DNA of 64,000 bases from an uncultured Alphaproteobacteria bacterium (GCA_963758355.1 CAVWVG010000004.1:574013-638012); one strand, 5' to 3'. Positions 1 to 9,640 are shown, counted from the stretch's first letter. Notes: a model not told the origin generated them from the sequence alone. A program made the numbers and translations.

Positions 1-165
1 CTCGCTGTTGGTCTTGACCGCGTAGGCGGTCTTGCCAGGAAACAGGCCGATGAATTGGCGCGCATCGGCGGCGAGCACCTGCGGCCGGAAGCAATAGACC
101 GGATGGTCGGGCCGCAGCGCCAGGGCCGCTTCCTGGGCCGTCGCAAAGCGCTGCAATTCCGCCAT
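1..165 (-). CDS. Type III (fold-III) PLP-dependent decarboxylase, Orn/DAP/Arg decarboxylase family; only the N-terminal 55 codons, gene runs off the left edge
   Basis: My translation from ATG at 165-163: MAELQRFATAQEAALALRPDHPVYCFRPQVLAADARQFIGLFPGKTAYAVKTNSE. The YAVKxN segment matches the PLP-lysine motif of ornithine decarboxylase-type enzymes. Confidence 0.5.
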   Translation of the reverse strand, partial: MAELQRFATAQEAALALRPDHPVYCFRPQVLAADARQFIGLFPGKTAYAVKTNSE

Positions 166-260
166 TCCGACGCCTCTGCACTTCGATTCGTTCCCGCACC
201 ATAGGGCAATGTTGCGGAGAACTGAATCAGCGAACTGAATCGCCGAACTGTATCAGTAGC

Positions 261-1400
261 TCACCAGTAGACGCCGCCGCGGGTCATGCGAATGCGCGGT
301 CCGTCCTTCGGTGGGTTGAGCGATCGAAGGCAGGCAGTTTCGTCGGCGCCGTCGTCGAATATTGCAATCGGGCCGGGCCCGGCCCGCAACAGGCTGGCAT
401 AATCGGAATAGCGCTGTTCCTCGCCGCGGCGCCAGTTCGGCCGGATCGAAGGAACCGGCGAGCGCCGCCGTTGCGGCACGGAGCCGCCGGCCGGGACTGC
501 TTGCGACAATTCCGGTGGCAGGTCGGGTCGCTGCTTCAGCGCCATCAGGCGGTCAATGCGGTCCTGCGTGCGCGGATGGCTGCGCAACAGCGACGGATCG
601 GGAATGCGCCCGCCGGGCAACACCATGCCTTCCCAGCTGCGCCGCTGCGCCCTTTCGAGCTTGACCAGCGCCGAGGCGAGGCCGTCGGGATCGCCGGTCA
701 GCATCACCGCGCCGAGATCGGCATCGAATTCGCGGGTGCGCGATAGCGCCAGTTGCAGCATCGCGCCGATCGTCGGCGCCGCCAGCAGCAATCCGATGCC
801 GATCCACGGCAGGCCCGGTGCACCGCCGAACAGCACTGCCGGAAGGTTCAACACCAGCGCGATCATGCCGAAGGTCGACAGTGCCGAGGTAAATCGGCTG
901 ACCATGTCAGCGATGGCCATCACCCTGATATCCTGGTTGGCGATGTGGGAAATCTCATGCGCAAGCACGCCGGCGAATTCGCGCCGGCTGAGTGAACGCA
1001 ACAGTGCGTCGGTTAAACAGATCGCCGAATCCTCGCGCCGGCCAACGGCAAAAGCGTTGAGCAGGTTCGACGGCAGCACATGCAATACCGGCCGCGCCGA
1101 CAGTCCGGCGCGCTGGGCCAGTTCATCGAGGATCGCCTGGCCGGCGGAGAACTCGTCGCGCGCGACTGGCCGTGCCCGGTACATGCGCAGGACCATCTGC
1201 GGCGAGACCCGGCTCGCCAACACCAGGCTGACGCCGCCGAAGATGGCCGCAAAAAGCACGCCTTGCGGGCCCAGGAAGACATAGGCGCAGACGACGAACA
1301 AAGTGAGCGATCCGCCGACCAGAATCCAGGTGTGGATCAGGTTGATGAGGCTGCTACGCCTTTGCGTGAAGTAGTCGATCTGTGCCATCTTTGCCCGCAT
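261..1400 (-). CDS. M48 family zinc metallopeptidase (HtpX-like), membrane-bound
   Basis: 379-aa ORF with an HEISH (HExxH) motif inside hydrophobic segments. Alternative start at M5 (1388). Confidence 0.85.
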   Translation of the reverse strand: MRAKMAQIDYFTQRRSSLINLIHTWILVGGSLTLFVVCAYVFLGPQGVLFAAIFGGVSLVLASRVSPQMVLRMYRARPVARDEFSAGQAILDELAQRAGLSARPVLHVLPSNLLNAFAVGRREDSAICLTDALLRSLSRREFAGVLAHEISHIANQDIRVMAIADMVSRFTSALSTFGMIALVLNLPAVLFGGAPGLPWIGIGLLLAAPTIGAMLQLALSRTREFDADLGAVMLTGDPDGLASALVKLERAQRRSWEGMVLPGGRIPDPSLLRSHPRTQDRIDRLMALKQRPDLPPELSQAVPAGGSVPQRRRSPVPSIRPNWRRGEEQRYSDYASLLRAGPGPIAIFDDGADETACLRSLNPPKDGPRIRMTRGGVYW

Positions 1401-1537
1401 CCATGAAACGGCCTATCGGACCTTGCAAATATGGGGTCGGCCGGCGGTCACGGCAAACGGGGTTACTTCATCGGTTGCGGGACGCTAAAATGGCCAGTCT
1501 AGTGGATTCGTCCAGGCGCAACGCAAGCAGGAGCACC

Positions 1538-2554
1538 ATGCCCCGACCCGGAAAAATAGCCATCGTCGCGACCGGGCTGGTATTGGCGGCATGTCTCGGC
1601 GTCGGCGTCGTCGCGGCGGAGCGCACGGCCAAACAACTGTTCGCCGCCGTGGCCCTGCCCGCCGACCTCAAGACACAGTCGGTCGGTTTTTATTCGAAAG
1701 GCTGCATCGCCGGGGCAATGGCGATCCCGGTCGACGGGCCGGACTGGCAGGTTATGCGGCTGTCGCGCAATCGGCGCTGGGGCCATCCCGACCTGATCGG
1801 CGTCATCGAGGAACTGTCGCAAAAGGCGGCGCACGACGGCTGGAATGGCCTGATGATCGGCGACATGTCGCAGCCGCGCGGCGGGCCGATGCTGACCGGC
1901 CACGCCTCGCACCAGATCGGGCTCGACGCCGACATCTGGTTCATGCCGATGCCGGACAAACGGCTGACTTACGAGGAGCGCGAGCAGAAGAGCGCGATTT
2001 CAATGCTGAAGCCCGGCACTTTCTATGTCGACGACGACCGCTGGACGCCGGTTCACACCAAGCTGTTGCATGACGCGGCCTCGTTCCCCCAGGTCGAGCG
2101 CATCCTCGTCCATCCTGGCATCAAGAAGAAGCTGTGCGATACCGTGACCGGCGACCGCAAATGGCTGGCCAAGATCCGTCCGTATTACGGCCACAACTTT
2201 CATTTCCACATGCGCATCGGCTGCCCGAAGGGTTCGCCGGATTGCAAACCGCAAGCAGAAGTCGCCGCCGGCGACGGTTGCGACAAGTCGCTCGACTGGT
2301 GGTTCAACGTCGCCCTGCAGCCCAAGAAGCCGGGCAAGGCCGAAAAGCAGGTCAAGCCGCGCCCGATGATGCTAAGCGATCTGCCGCCGGCCTGCGCCAA
2401 GGTTCTTTCGGCCGACGCGGTCGAGGCGGACAAGGCGGAATATCGCACCAAGGAGACCGCCTTCAGCGCGCCGGAAATCGAAATTCCGCAATTCGACCCG
2501 CTGGCGATCCTGATGTCGAAGCCGATCGAGGGCCGAAAGCCGGTGAAACGATAG
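1538..2554 (+). CDS. mepA: Penicillin-insensitive murein endopeptidase MepA
   Basis: Contains [14 protein letters not shown] and [12 protein letters not shown] motifs typical of MepA. I chose ATG 1538 ([21 protein letters not shown], signal-like, GCAGGAG upstream) rather than the ORF-track start at 1382. Confidence 0.85.
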   Translation: MPRPGKIAIVATGLVLAACLGVGVVAAERTAKQLFAAVALPADLKTQSVGFYSKGCIAGAMAIPVDGPDWQVMRLSRNRRWGHPDLIGVIEELSQKAAHDGWNGLMIGDMSQPRGGPMLTGHASHQIGLDADIWFMPMPDKRLTYEEREQKSAISMLKPGTFYVDDDRWTPVHTKLLHDAASFPQVERILVHPGIKKKLCDTVTGDRKWLAKIRPYYGHNFHFHMRIGCPKGSPDCKPQAEVAAGDGCDKSLDWWFNVALQPKKPGKAEKQVKPRPMMLSDLPPACAKVLSADAVEADKAEYRTKETAFSAPEIEIPQFDPLAILMSKPIEGRKPVKR

Positions 2555-2569
2555 TATGCAGTTTTTCGG

Positions 2570-3250
2570 CTATTCGGCCGCCACCCCGGTGCCGGCCTTG
2601 GTGCCGATCGGGCAGGAGACGCCGGTGCCGCCAAGCCCGCAATAGCCGTTCGGGTTCTTGGCCAGATATTGCTGGTGGTAGTCCTCGGCGTAGTAAAATT
2701 GCGGCATCGGCAGGATTTCCGTGGTGATCTTGTCGCGGTATCCGGCCGCCGCCAGCGCCCGCTGGTAGGCGTCACGCGCGGCAATCGCCTCGCGCTCTTG
2801 CGCGGCATCCGCAAAATAGATGCCGGAGCGGTATTGTGTGCCGACATCGTTGCCCTGGCGCATGCCCTGGCTCGGATCGTGCGCCTCGAAGAAGACCTTG
2901 AGCAATTGGCCATAGCTCAGCTTCTTCGGGTCGAACACGACAAGTATGACCTCGTTGTGGCCGGTCAGGCCGGTGCAGACTTCCTGATAGGTTGGATTTT
3001 TGGTGGTGCCGCCGGCATAGCCGACAGCGGTGACGACGACGCCGTCGGTTTCCCAGAACTTGCGCTCGGCGCCCCAGAAACAGCCGAGCCCGAACAATGC
3101 CGTCTTCAGGCCGGGCGCAAACGGCGGGTGGAGCGATTTGCCGTTGACGAAATGCGTGCGCGCCGTGGCGATCGGTTCGTCGCGGCCCTTGATGGCATGC
3201 TTGGGGTCGGGCATTTTCAGCTTGTTGTTCAACATGTTGAGCAGGAACAT
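2570..3250 (-). CDS. msrA: Peptide-methionine (S)-S-oxide reductase MsrA
   Basis: GLGCFWGAE catalytic motif and full-length similarity to MsrA. Start is MFLLNMLNN at 3250; the longer track ORF (to 3616) is upstream read-through. Confidence 0.95.
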   Translation of the reverse strand: MFLLNMLNNKLKMPDPKHAIKGRDEPIATARTHFVNGKSLHPPFAPGLKTALFGLGCFWGAERKFWETDGVVVTAVGYAGGTTKNPTYQEVCTGLTGHNEVILVVFDPKKLSYGQLLKVFFEAHDPSQGMRQGNDVGTQYRSGIYFADAAQEREAIAARDAYQRALAAAGYRDKITTEILPMPQFYYAEDYHQQYLAKNPNGYCGLGGTGVSCPIGTKAGTGVAAE

Positions 3251-3273
3251 CGTCCCTCCCGGTGATCGGCGCG

Positions 3274-3651
3274 CTATTCGAAATTTTCCTGCCAGCGACG
3301 GCGACGCTGACGGGCAAGCAGTGCGAAGACGACGGCAGCAATGCCGAAGGCGGCCCAGGTCGGCGCTGTCAGGATCGTCGTGAATATGGGATCCCACAGG
3401 AAATTTGGCAAGTTGGCGGTCATGAACTCGCGAACACTTGTCAGTGACTTTTCGCTGATATGCAGCCAATCCAGCGACAGCGGCGTGAAAACGACGTGCG
3501 AATTGGCGATCGAACGGGTCATGTCGAGGACGGCGGCAACGAGCGCGATCGCCAGGCAGGTCAGGCTCAACAAACGGGAAAATGCCCTCAGCATTGCCGC
3601 GGTGCCGGATTTCCAATGAGGATACGTTGCGCCGGCCGCAGAAAGCTTCAA
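3274..3651 (-). CDS. Small hypothetical membrane protein
   Basis: ORF with two hydrophobic helices ([16 protein letters not shown]; [14 protein letters not shown]) ending in RRRRW. Possible start at M20 (3594). No family recognised. Confidence 0.4.
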   Translation of the reverse strand: MKLSAAGATYPHWKSGTAAMLRAFSRLLSLTCLAIALVAAVLDMTRSIANSHVVFTPLSLDWLHISEKSLTSVREFMTANLPNFLWDPIFTTILTAPTWAAFGIAAVVFALLARQRRRRWQENFE

Positions 3652-3746
3652 CCGACCCTGGCGGTTTCCTATGGGAAAAGCTGGGCGGCGTAAAGGATGC
3701 CTGCCGATTCCTCCGGATACCTGCGGATTCCTTGCGGGTTGGCTGG

Positions 3747-3764
3747 CGCTTGCATGGCCCTCCT
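3747..3764. repeat. Left copy of the 18-bp direct repeat CGCTTGCATGGCCCTCCT flanking the IS
   Basis: Identical 18-mer at 3747-3764 and 5252-5269, immediately outside the IS inverted repeats. Confidence 0.8.
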
Positions 3765-5251
3765 GTCAGTAGCTTTTCAAGTTGTCCGGTTTTTGTAGCA
3801 CATCAGTTGTCCGCTTTGGGTTGACGGCGAATCCGGGCGAAAGCGGAATGACACCCGGGCCGTTGGCCGGTTCATGGAGCCGGCGGTGGGCCGCCGGCCC
3901 CGTGTCGAGACGCAGTCAAGGCTGGCCGCCGCGCGGTCGCCGGCACCGGCCGCGACGCCTCCAGGCCACGCCTTGACGGCGTCGAGCACGGGTGCAGCAT
4001 GGGCGAGATCGGCTCGCCGATCTCGCGGCCCTGTGCATCGTAGCGGCCGATGCGGCGCGGTCCGTGGAAGACGGCGAGGCTGCCGTCGGGATATTGCCGA
4101 ACCTTCACGCATGCCTTGACGAAGTGATGCCGGATCGGGCTTTGCGGCAGTTGCAGCCGCAGCCGCCCGAAGACGACGGTGTTGTCACGGCTCACCACGC
4201 GCTCCTCCTCCACGCACAGGATGTCGGTGAGCTGGGCAGGATCGGCCGCCACGAAGGCGCTCTCGGCAATCTCGGGGGGACTGGCGAAGCGGGCGTTGTG
4301 GGCCGGCAGGTAAACCTCGGCAATAAAGCGGTTGGCGGCCCCGATGTCGCCGATCCCGGCCAGCCTCAGTTCCTTCGGCAGCCGCTCCTGCAACGTGCCG
4401 AACATCCGTTCCGAGCGGCCGCGCGCCTCCGGCGAATAGGCCGGGATATGTTCGATGCCGAGCCGATCGAGCGCCCGGCCGACCTGGGTGAGGTGCTTCT
4501 TGTCCACCGCTTCGCCCGCCTTCGGCGTGAAGAAGTAGTGGCTGCCGCGATCGGTATAGAGGCTCGCCGGCAAGCCAACGGCCGAGAACGTCTCCAGCAG
4601 CGCTCGCAATGTCGAGGCCGTGCCTTCCTCCTCGACCAGAAACGCCGAATGGATCGTGCTCGTGGCATCGTCCATCGTCACGATCAGGTCGAGCTTCGGC
4701 TGGCCCGACAGCCAGTCGTGCCGGCTGCCATCCTGGTGCAGCATCATGCCTTCGCACGGCTTCCTCGGCCGCTTGCGCCGGTGCGCCCCGCGCCGTCTCG
4801 CCCGCTCCACCAGGCCGGCAGCGTGCAGCTGCGTCTTCGTCCAGGTGTAGCCCCAGGCGAAACCGTGGCCGCCCACCAGGTGCTCGTGAAAATGCTTCAC
4901 GTTCCAGCCCAGGTAGTCGTCCCGGTAAAGCTCCAGCATCCGGTCCCGATCGCGCTCTGGCGCCCGCCGCGGCGACGCCTTGCCAAGCCGGCGGTCGACA
5001 AGACCGCCAACCCCTTTTTCCTCGTAGCGGTCCCGGTAGCGCCGGAACTGGCGCTCCGACATCCCCAGCAACTCCCCAGCCTCCAACATCGACAACTCGC
5101 CGCCTTCCCAGCGGCTCAACACGTCCCGGAACTTCTGCATCCGGCGCTCCTGTAGCCACGCTGCCCGTCTCATCCCCAGCCTCCGTTCGCTGGAAATGAA
5201 ACCGGACAACTCGTGTGCTACCTAATCCGGACAACTCGTGTGCTTACGACA
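3765..5251. mobile_element. Insertion sequence, ISNCY/IS1202-group-like, about 1.49 kb
   Basis: Imperfect terminal inverted repeats: left 3781 GTTGTCCGGTTTTTGTAGCACATCAGTTGTCCGCT versus the reverse complement of 5201-5235, GTTGTCCGGATTAGGTAGCACACGAGTTGTCCGGT. Single DDE transposase gene, flanked by an 18-bp direct repeat. Confidence 0.8.
3872..5173 (-). CDS. ISNCY-family (IS1202-group-like) DDE transposase
   Basis: N-terminal HTH region (LGMSERQFRRYRDRYEEKGVGGLVDRRLGK) and an integrase-core-like region (LHQDGSRHDW...LYTDRGSHYF...AYSPEARGRSERMF). Start taken at MRRAAWLQ, inside the IR. Confidence 0.8.
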   Translation of the reverse strand: MRRAAWLQERRMQKFRDVLSRWEGGELSMLEAGELLGMSERQFRRYRDRYEEKGVGGLVDRRLGKASPRRAPERDRDRMLELYRDDYLGWNVKHFHEHLVGGHGFAWGYTWTKTQLHAAGLVERARRRGAHRRKRPRKPCEGMMLHQDGSRHDWLSGQPKLDLIVTMDDATSTIHSAFLVEEEGTASTLRALLETFSAVGLPASLYTDRGSHYFFTPKAGEAVDKKHLTQVGRALDRLGIEHIPAYSPEARGRSERMFGTLQERLPKELRLAGIGDIGAANRFIAEVYLPAHNARFASPPEIAESAFVAADPAQLTDILCVEEERVVSRDNTVVFGRLRLQLPQSPIRHHFVKACVKVRQYPDGSLAVFHGPRRIGRYDAQGREIGEPISPMLHPCSTPSRRGLEASRPVPATARRPALTASRHGAGGPPPAP

Positions 5252-5269
5252 CGCTTGCATGGCCCTCCT
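5252..5269. repeat. Right copy of the 18-bp direct repeat flanking the IS
   Basis: CGCTTGCATGGCCCTCCT, identical to 3747-3764. A partial third copy, CTTGCATGGCCC, follows immediately. Confidence 0.8.
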
Positions 5270-5331
5270 TGCATGGCCCGGGCGGATTCGTATAGTGCGC
5301 CGCCCTCGCCGACTTCGGCGACGGGCGATGC

Positions 5332-5421
5332 GGAGAGGTGGCCGAGCGGCTGAAGGCGCACGCTTGGAAAGCGTGTTTACGGGAAACCGTAACGAGGGTT
5401 CGAATCCCTCTCTCTCCGCCA
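5332..5421 (+). tRNA. tRNA-Ser (anticodon GGA), class II with long variable arm, encoded CCA
   Basis: Manual fold. Acceptor GGAGAGG/TCTCTCC, anticodon stem GCACGC/GCGTG with loop TTGGAAA, long variable arm TTTACGGGAAACCGTAA, T-arm GAGGGTTCGAATCCCTC, 3' GCCA. Confidence 0.9.
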
Positions 5422-5792
5422 GCGACCCCCACGACTTGTCTCCGACATCGCAGCCTCGTGCCAAGCGCGCGAAACAACGCGGTTATTTGCGCTCATTCCC
5501 GATCTGAATCGCCAAAAGCGCCGTCTTTCCGGCGACATTCGAGGCCTTTGTGGGCCGGGGTCTCCGCGCGTCTCAGAATAGGGTCGGTTTCACGAACAGG
5601 GAATTTTCTGCGATTTTGGCCAAATAACAGGGTGGCAGATCAGCTCGATCGACGAGCAGTGCAAAAATTCTACGGCAATTACAGCAGTTTAGTACGCCCG
5701 TCTGGCACTTTCCTGTTATTTGCCAAAACAGGCTGGGTGAATCGACTTAACAGGTGATTGTTTCACCCAAAACAGGCGTCGGTTGCCGAGCA
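5422..5792. repeat. Island left arm, copy 1 (non-coding, contains several AACAGG(G) motifs)
   Basis: By eye, mostly identical to 45743-46137: GCGACCCCCACGACTTGTCTCCGACATCGCAGCCTCGTGCCAAGCG...GGCCTTTGTGGGCCGGGGTCTC... Confidence 0.85.
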
Positions 5793-7406
5793 TCAGTTTG
5801 TTCGGCCATGTGCAGATGGGATGGGCGATGGCGCTCCAAAACGCCGTGCCTGTTCTGCCCATGAACCAGGGATTTCGGCTTCCATCAGGCGCGCTAGCGT
5901 AAGGCCCAGCGGTTGACGGCCTGAGAGAATGGCTTGCTGCAGGTTGGGCGCCAGGAAAGCGAGGCGGACGAGCCGACGGCGCCAGAGTGAGTCCGGCGCC
6001 GATCGCATAATGGGCATGCCGGACGGATCGGCTTCGACCATGGCGTGGGCGGTGCGCAAGGCCTTGATCAACGTCGGGTCCGGTCGCAATGCGGAATCCC
6101 TCCCGCAAACGACACTTGTGGGTCCGCCGCGGGTGCGAACGCAAATCGGCAGAGTCAGACGAAGCCGCCCTGGGTCTGCGTAATCGGGATCGGCCCGTTC
6201 CTCTTTTGTGAGCCGCCGGCGAATCGTGTCGAGGTGACGGATCGGCATCAGCATCTCGACATGGTCGACGTGGACCTCGATGCGGGATGGCAAGCTGAGC
6301 GGTTCACTCTGCCGGCCATTCGTCAATCGCTCCAACATCTCCGAGAGCCGAGCTTCGAAAGCCGCGGCCGCCACGCGCCGAACGTTGTCGTCGACATTCC
6401 CTGGTCTTGGGCGCCCTTGCTGGAGCGGAGCGGATACATAATAGCGATAAAGTTTTCCCGTCTTGCCGTAAGCTGTGGCGGGCGACATCGGTTCGCCCTC
6501 GGCATCAAAGATCCGGCCGGCCAAGGGTGCTCGTGCGACCCTGTTGCGGCTCTGCGCATGGCGGCGGACATTGGCATCGAGTTGTTGCTGGACCGCTTCG
6601 AACGTGTCCGTGCCGATGACGGCGGGATGCATGCCGGGATGGGCTTTATCCCTGTGAACGATCATGCCGAGATAGGTGCGATTGCGCAGCAGGTGAAACA
6701 GAGCCCCCCGGCTTAAGGGATGGCCTCCCAAAATCTTACCGATCTTCGTTACTCGCCGCTTGGAGCGAATGTCGCGCTCGTCGAGCCAGCGTTCCAGGGA
6801 GTGAACCGAGCGAAGTTCGAGATAGGTGCGAAAAATCATCCGCACGATCTCGGCCTCTGCCTCGTTGACGACCAGTGCGCGCGACCCATCCACCGCCGGG
6901 TCGTAGCCGAGCGGCAGCGTTCCGCCCATCCACATCCCCCTGGCCTTGGAAGCGGCGATCTTGTCGCGAATGCGTTCACCGGTCACTTCCCGTTCGAACT
7001 GGGCGAAGGACAGCAGGACGTTGAGCGTCAAGCGCCCCATGCTGCTGGTGGTATTGAAAGCCTGGGTGACACTGACGAAGCTCACTTGGTGGCGATCGAA
7101 CAGTTCGACCATCCGCGCAAAATCCGCCAGCGACCGCGTCAGGCGATCGATCTTGTAGACAACGACAATATCGATCTTTCCTGCTGCAATATCTGCCAGC
7201 ATACGCTGCAGCGCCGGTCGTTCCATCGACCCACCGGAGAATCCGCCATCGTCGTAACGATCCTTGACGGCGCGCCAGCCTTCGCTTGCCTGGCTCTTTA
7301 CGTAGGCGGCGCAGGCCTCATGCTGGGCATCGAGGCTATTGAACGCTTGGTCGAGCCCTTCCTCGGTGCTCTTGCGGGTGTAGAGCGCGCAACGCTTGGG
7401 CTTCAT
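5793..7406 (-). CDS. Large serine recombinase (resolvase/invertase catalytic domain plus recombinase and zinc-ribbon-type C-terminal region)
   Basis: MKPKRCALYTRKSTEEGLDQAFNSLDAQ...VVVYKIDRLTRSL...GRLTLNVLLSFAQFERE, the canonical serine-recombinase N-terminus. 537 aa from ATG 7406. The ATGA overlaps the upstream gene stop. Confidence 0.9.
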   Translation of the reverse strand: MKPKRCALYTRKSTEEGLDQAFNSLDAQHEACAAYVKSQASEGWRAVKDRYDDGGFSGGSMERPALQRMLADIAAGKIDIVVVYKIDRLTRSLADFARMVELFDRHQVSFVSVTQAFNTTSSMGRLTLNVLLSFAQFEREVTGERIRDKIAASKARGMWMGGTLPLGYDPAVDGSRALVVNEAEAEIVRMIFRTYLELRSVHSLERWLDERDIRSKRRVTKIGKILGGHPLSRGALFHLLRNRTYLGMIVHRDKAHPGMHPAVIGTDTFEAVQQQLDANVRRHAQSRNRVARAPLAGRIFDAEGEPMSPATAYGKTGKLYRYYVSAPLQQGRPRPGNVDDNVRRVAAAAFEARLSEMLERLTNGRQSEPLSLPSRIEVHVDHVEMLMPIRHLDTIRRRLTKEERADPDYADPGRLRLTLPICVRTRGGPTSVVCGRDSALRPDPTLIKALRTAHAMVEADPSGMPIMRSAPDSLWRRRLVRLAFLAPNLQQAILSGRQPLGLTLARLMEAEIPGSWAEQARRFGAPSPIPSAHGRTN

Positions 7407-7819
7407 TGGTCGTTTTCCCGCAGACCGAAGAAGCGCGGACCGTTCCAGCGGGTGCCGGCAATAGCGGTAGCGACCGCCGAAAGGCTCGAATAGACCCGCC
7501 CCTCCCAGCGGAACCCGTTGGCTTCGACGATGACCTCGACGGTCTTGCCGGCCCATCGGCGTCGCAATACCGCGCCGATTCCCAATTCCAGACCCTCGGC
7601 TCGAACCGGTCCGTTGCGGGCCAACTTGCGTCGCATATCCGGATCGAGGCCACCGAGAGCATCGGCTTGAATCCGCCAGGCGAGTGCGAGACGTAGCAGT
7701 GGCACCGATCGCAAGGCTGGCGGCGGGCCGTAACGCCGCCGCCAGACGTCCCGCAGGGCATCGAGGTCAAGGCCTTCAAGCGCCTCGACCTCGATGCCGG
7801 TAACGTAGCCGGATTTCAT
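7403..7819 (-). CDS. DUF2924 domain protein (recombinase-associated)
   Basis: LDLDALRDVWRRRYGPPPALRSVPLLRLALAWRIQ...GRVYSSLSAVATAIAGTRWNGPRFFGL is typical of DUF2924. 4-bp overlap with the recombinase start. Confidence 0.75.
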   Translation of the reverse strand: MKSGYVTGIEVEALEGLDLDALRDVWRRRYGPPPALRSVPLLRLALAWRIQADALGGLDPDMRRKLARNGPVRAEGLELGIGAVLRRRWAGKTVEVIVEANGFRWEGRVYSSLSAVATAIAGTRWNGPRFFGLRENDQ

Positions 7820-8109
7820 TCGGGCTTTGCCAGTGAATAGCGGCGTACGCCGTCGACCTTGCGCGAGCCGACGGCATGGCCCCGCTTCTTCAGCGCACCG
7901 GCAATGGCGCCGCGAACCGAATGCGGCTGCCAACCAGTCTCCTTAGCCAGTTCGGCAATCGTGGCGCCGCGAGGTTTGCGAAGCAATTCGACAAGCTGGT
8001 CCAGCTTCGTCTTTCGTGGACCACTTCCCGTGGCGGATCGCTTGGAACTATCAGCGCCCGACGCATTAACGAGCTTGGTATTCTTAGCCGCAATCAATGG
8101 CTTGGTCAT
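7816..8109 (-). CDS. DUF3489 domain protein (small winged-helix-like, recombinase-associated)
   Basis: KLDQLVELLRKPRGATIAELAKETGWQPHSVRGAIAGALKKRG is DUF3489-like. GAGGAG precedes the tandem ATGs at 8115/8109. Overlaps the DUF2924 start. Confidence 0.7.
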   Translation of the reverse strand: MTKPLIAAKNTKLVNASGADSSKRSATGSGPRKTKLDQLVELLRKPRGATIAELAKETGWQPHSVRGAIAGALKKRGHAVGSRKVDGVRRYSLAKPE

Positions 8110-8330
8110 ATCCATCTCCTCTTTAAGGCGGGGAAACTCCGCTGCTACCGAGGAGAGCCCGGCGCGGCCGGGCACGGGATCAACAACGCTCTGTTCTGGT
8201 CCGAAGTCCAGCGTTCAAAGAATTTTATATACGCAACATGAACGAACGCATGACTAGGGCGATCGATCCTGCAATGACCTGGAACCCCGGTGCCAGATCG
8301 CCAAGATCGCGCATAACGCCGTAATGCTGG

Positions 8331-8705
8331 TTACGTTGGCAACCCAAATTGGACGAGGAAGTTTTTGTGATCCTCACAATTGACCGGCAAGGTGTCGACT
8401 TGCTTCGCACCGAGAAAATCCGTCGACGTAATTTGCAACGACACTTGCACTTGGGTTCCACAAGCGATGATGCCCATATTCGCACCGGGAACCGCCTTCA
8501 CGTTCAGTATGGTTAGTAGCCTCGACTTGCCGGGTTCAACAATCGCGTTCTCGATCGTTCTAAGTTCCGCGACAGGCAGGTTCATGCCGCTAACTTTTGC
8601 ATCTCCCAATTGACCGCTGAGCGTCACGGCCGCCACCGTTCCGGGCCTCACGCCGGAATTTGAAACGAGGATGAGCAGCAGCGGCGCCTCGCTGATTTGG
8701 AGCAC
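8331..8705 (-). CDS. Hypothetical protein, possibly a fragment truncated by the adjacent IS3 scar
   Basis: 124-aa ORF in a visibly AT-richer stretch. No motif recognised. Its 5' end abuts the IS3 remnant. Confidence 0.3.
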   Translation of the reverse strand: MLQISEAPLLLILVSNSGVRPGTVAAVTLSGQLGDAKVSGMNLPVAELRTIENAIVEPGKSRLLTILNVKAVPGANMGIIACGTQVQVSLQITSTDFLGAKQVDTLPVNCEDHKNFLVQFGLPT

Positions 8706-8939
8706 TCAATGAGCCGGCGCGGGAACTGCCACGACAATGCTGTCGCCGAGAGCTTCTTTAACCTGCTCAAGCGGGAGCGGATACGGCGCCGGACCTACAA
8801 GACCCGCGCCGAGGCGCGCCAGGACGTGTTCGACTACATCGAGATGTTCTACAACCCGAAGCGCAAGCATATGAGAAACGGGATGCTGTCACCCGTCGAG
8901 TTCGAACGACAGCAGGAAATGAGAACCGAGGGCGTCTAG
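8697..8939 (+). pseudogene. IS3-family transposase (OrfB) C-terminal remnant
   Basis: SRRGNCHDNAVAESFFNLLKRERI...ARQDVFDYIEMFYNPKRKHMRNGMLSPVEFE is the end of the rve integrase core. No N-terminal part is present. Confidence 0.85.
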
Positions 8940-8981
8940 AAAACTCGGGGCTATTCATGGCCGTAAATTCAAACTGAGACA

Positions 8982-9239
8982 CTACCCTTTGCTCTGCTTG
9001 CTTTTTCCTCGGCGCCCCGGCAGGCTACGATCGCGGCGATTTTCAAATGCGTCCCGGCCAAGGCCCAGGCCTGTTCCCGCGCTCGTCTTCCCGGTTGAAC
9101 CGCCCAGATCGAAGCCAGATCGATCAACGGCGACGGGTTCGGGCGGGGGGACCGCTGCTTTGTCTTCGGGTTTGCGCTGATCGTGCTTACTTATGGGACT
9201 ATTTTTCGGGGCGGGCGCCTTAGGTTGTTTTTCAATCAT
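8982..9239 (-). CDS. Small Lys/Pro/Gly-rich hypothetical protein downstream of hpf
   Basis: ATG-started 85-aa ORF, co-directional with and 53 bp after the HPF gene. Low-complexity sequence, no family recognised. Confidence 0.3.
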   Translation of the reverse strand: MIEKQPKAPAPKNSPISKHDQRKPEDKAAVPPPEPVAVDRSGFDLGGSTGKTSAGTGLGLGRDAFENRRDRSLPGRRGKSKQSKG

Positions 9240-9292
9240 GATCTCGCTCTTCTTTGGCTCGTCAGTTTGCGTGTTTGACAGCAGGCGATCTC

Positions 9293-9640
9293 CTACTGAT
9301 CGCCGGTTCGTATGGTGTCAGAGCCCTTCAATTGACTGAGCCTGCCGAGGGTAGTCTCGAGTGCGCGCTGCAACTTCTTGGCGGCACCCGAATATGCTCG
9401 CTCAAGCGTGGCGGCATGATCGCTGACCACTTCCGGCTGTCGACCTTCCAGGCGCGCTTCGATAAGACAGCGCTTGTCAGATTCGCCAGACTTGTCCCCG
9501 GCTTCATCGCTGATGTGCACTTCAATACGGGTGATATGTTTACTGAAGCGGTCGAGACGGGCGCGGATCTCAGCCGAAACACGGGCGGACAGTTCTTCCC
9601 CGCCCTCTATGTTTTCGTCGGTATTGACCTGAATTCGCAC
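9293..9640 (-). CDS. HPF/RaiA-family ribosome-associated (hibernation) protein, short form
   Basis: RIQVNTDENIEGGEELSARVSAEIRARLDRFSKHITRIEVHISDE...RCLIEARLEGRQP. Start set at GTG 9640 (VRIQVN), preceded by AAGAGAG. The track start at 9661 is a TTG. Confidence 0.7.
   Translation of the reverse strand: MRIQVNTDENIEGGEELSARVSAEIRARLDRFSKHITRIEVHISDEAGDKSGESDKRCLIEARLEGRQPEVVSDHAATLERAYSGAAKKLQRALETTLGRLSQLKGSDTIRTGDQ

Noticed and set aside
3992-5234. ORFs 3992-5155 (+) and 4185-5234 (-) inside the IS
   Set aside because: They overlap the transposase gene in other frames or on the other strand. Only the 3872-5173 frame shows HTH and DDE-type conservation.
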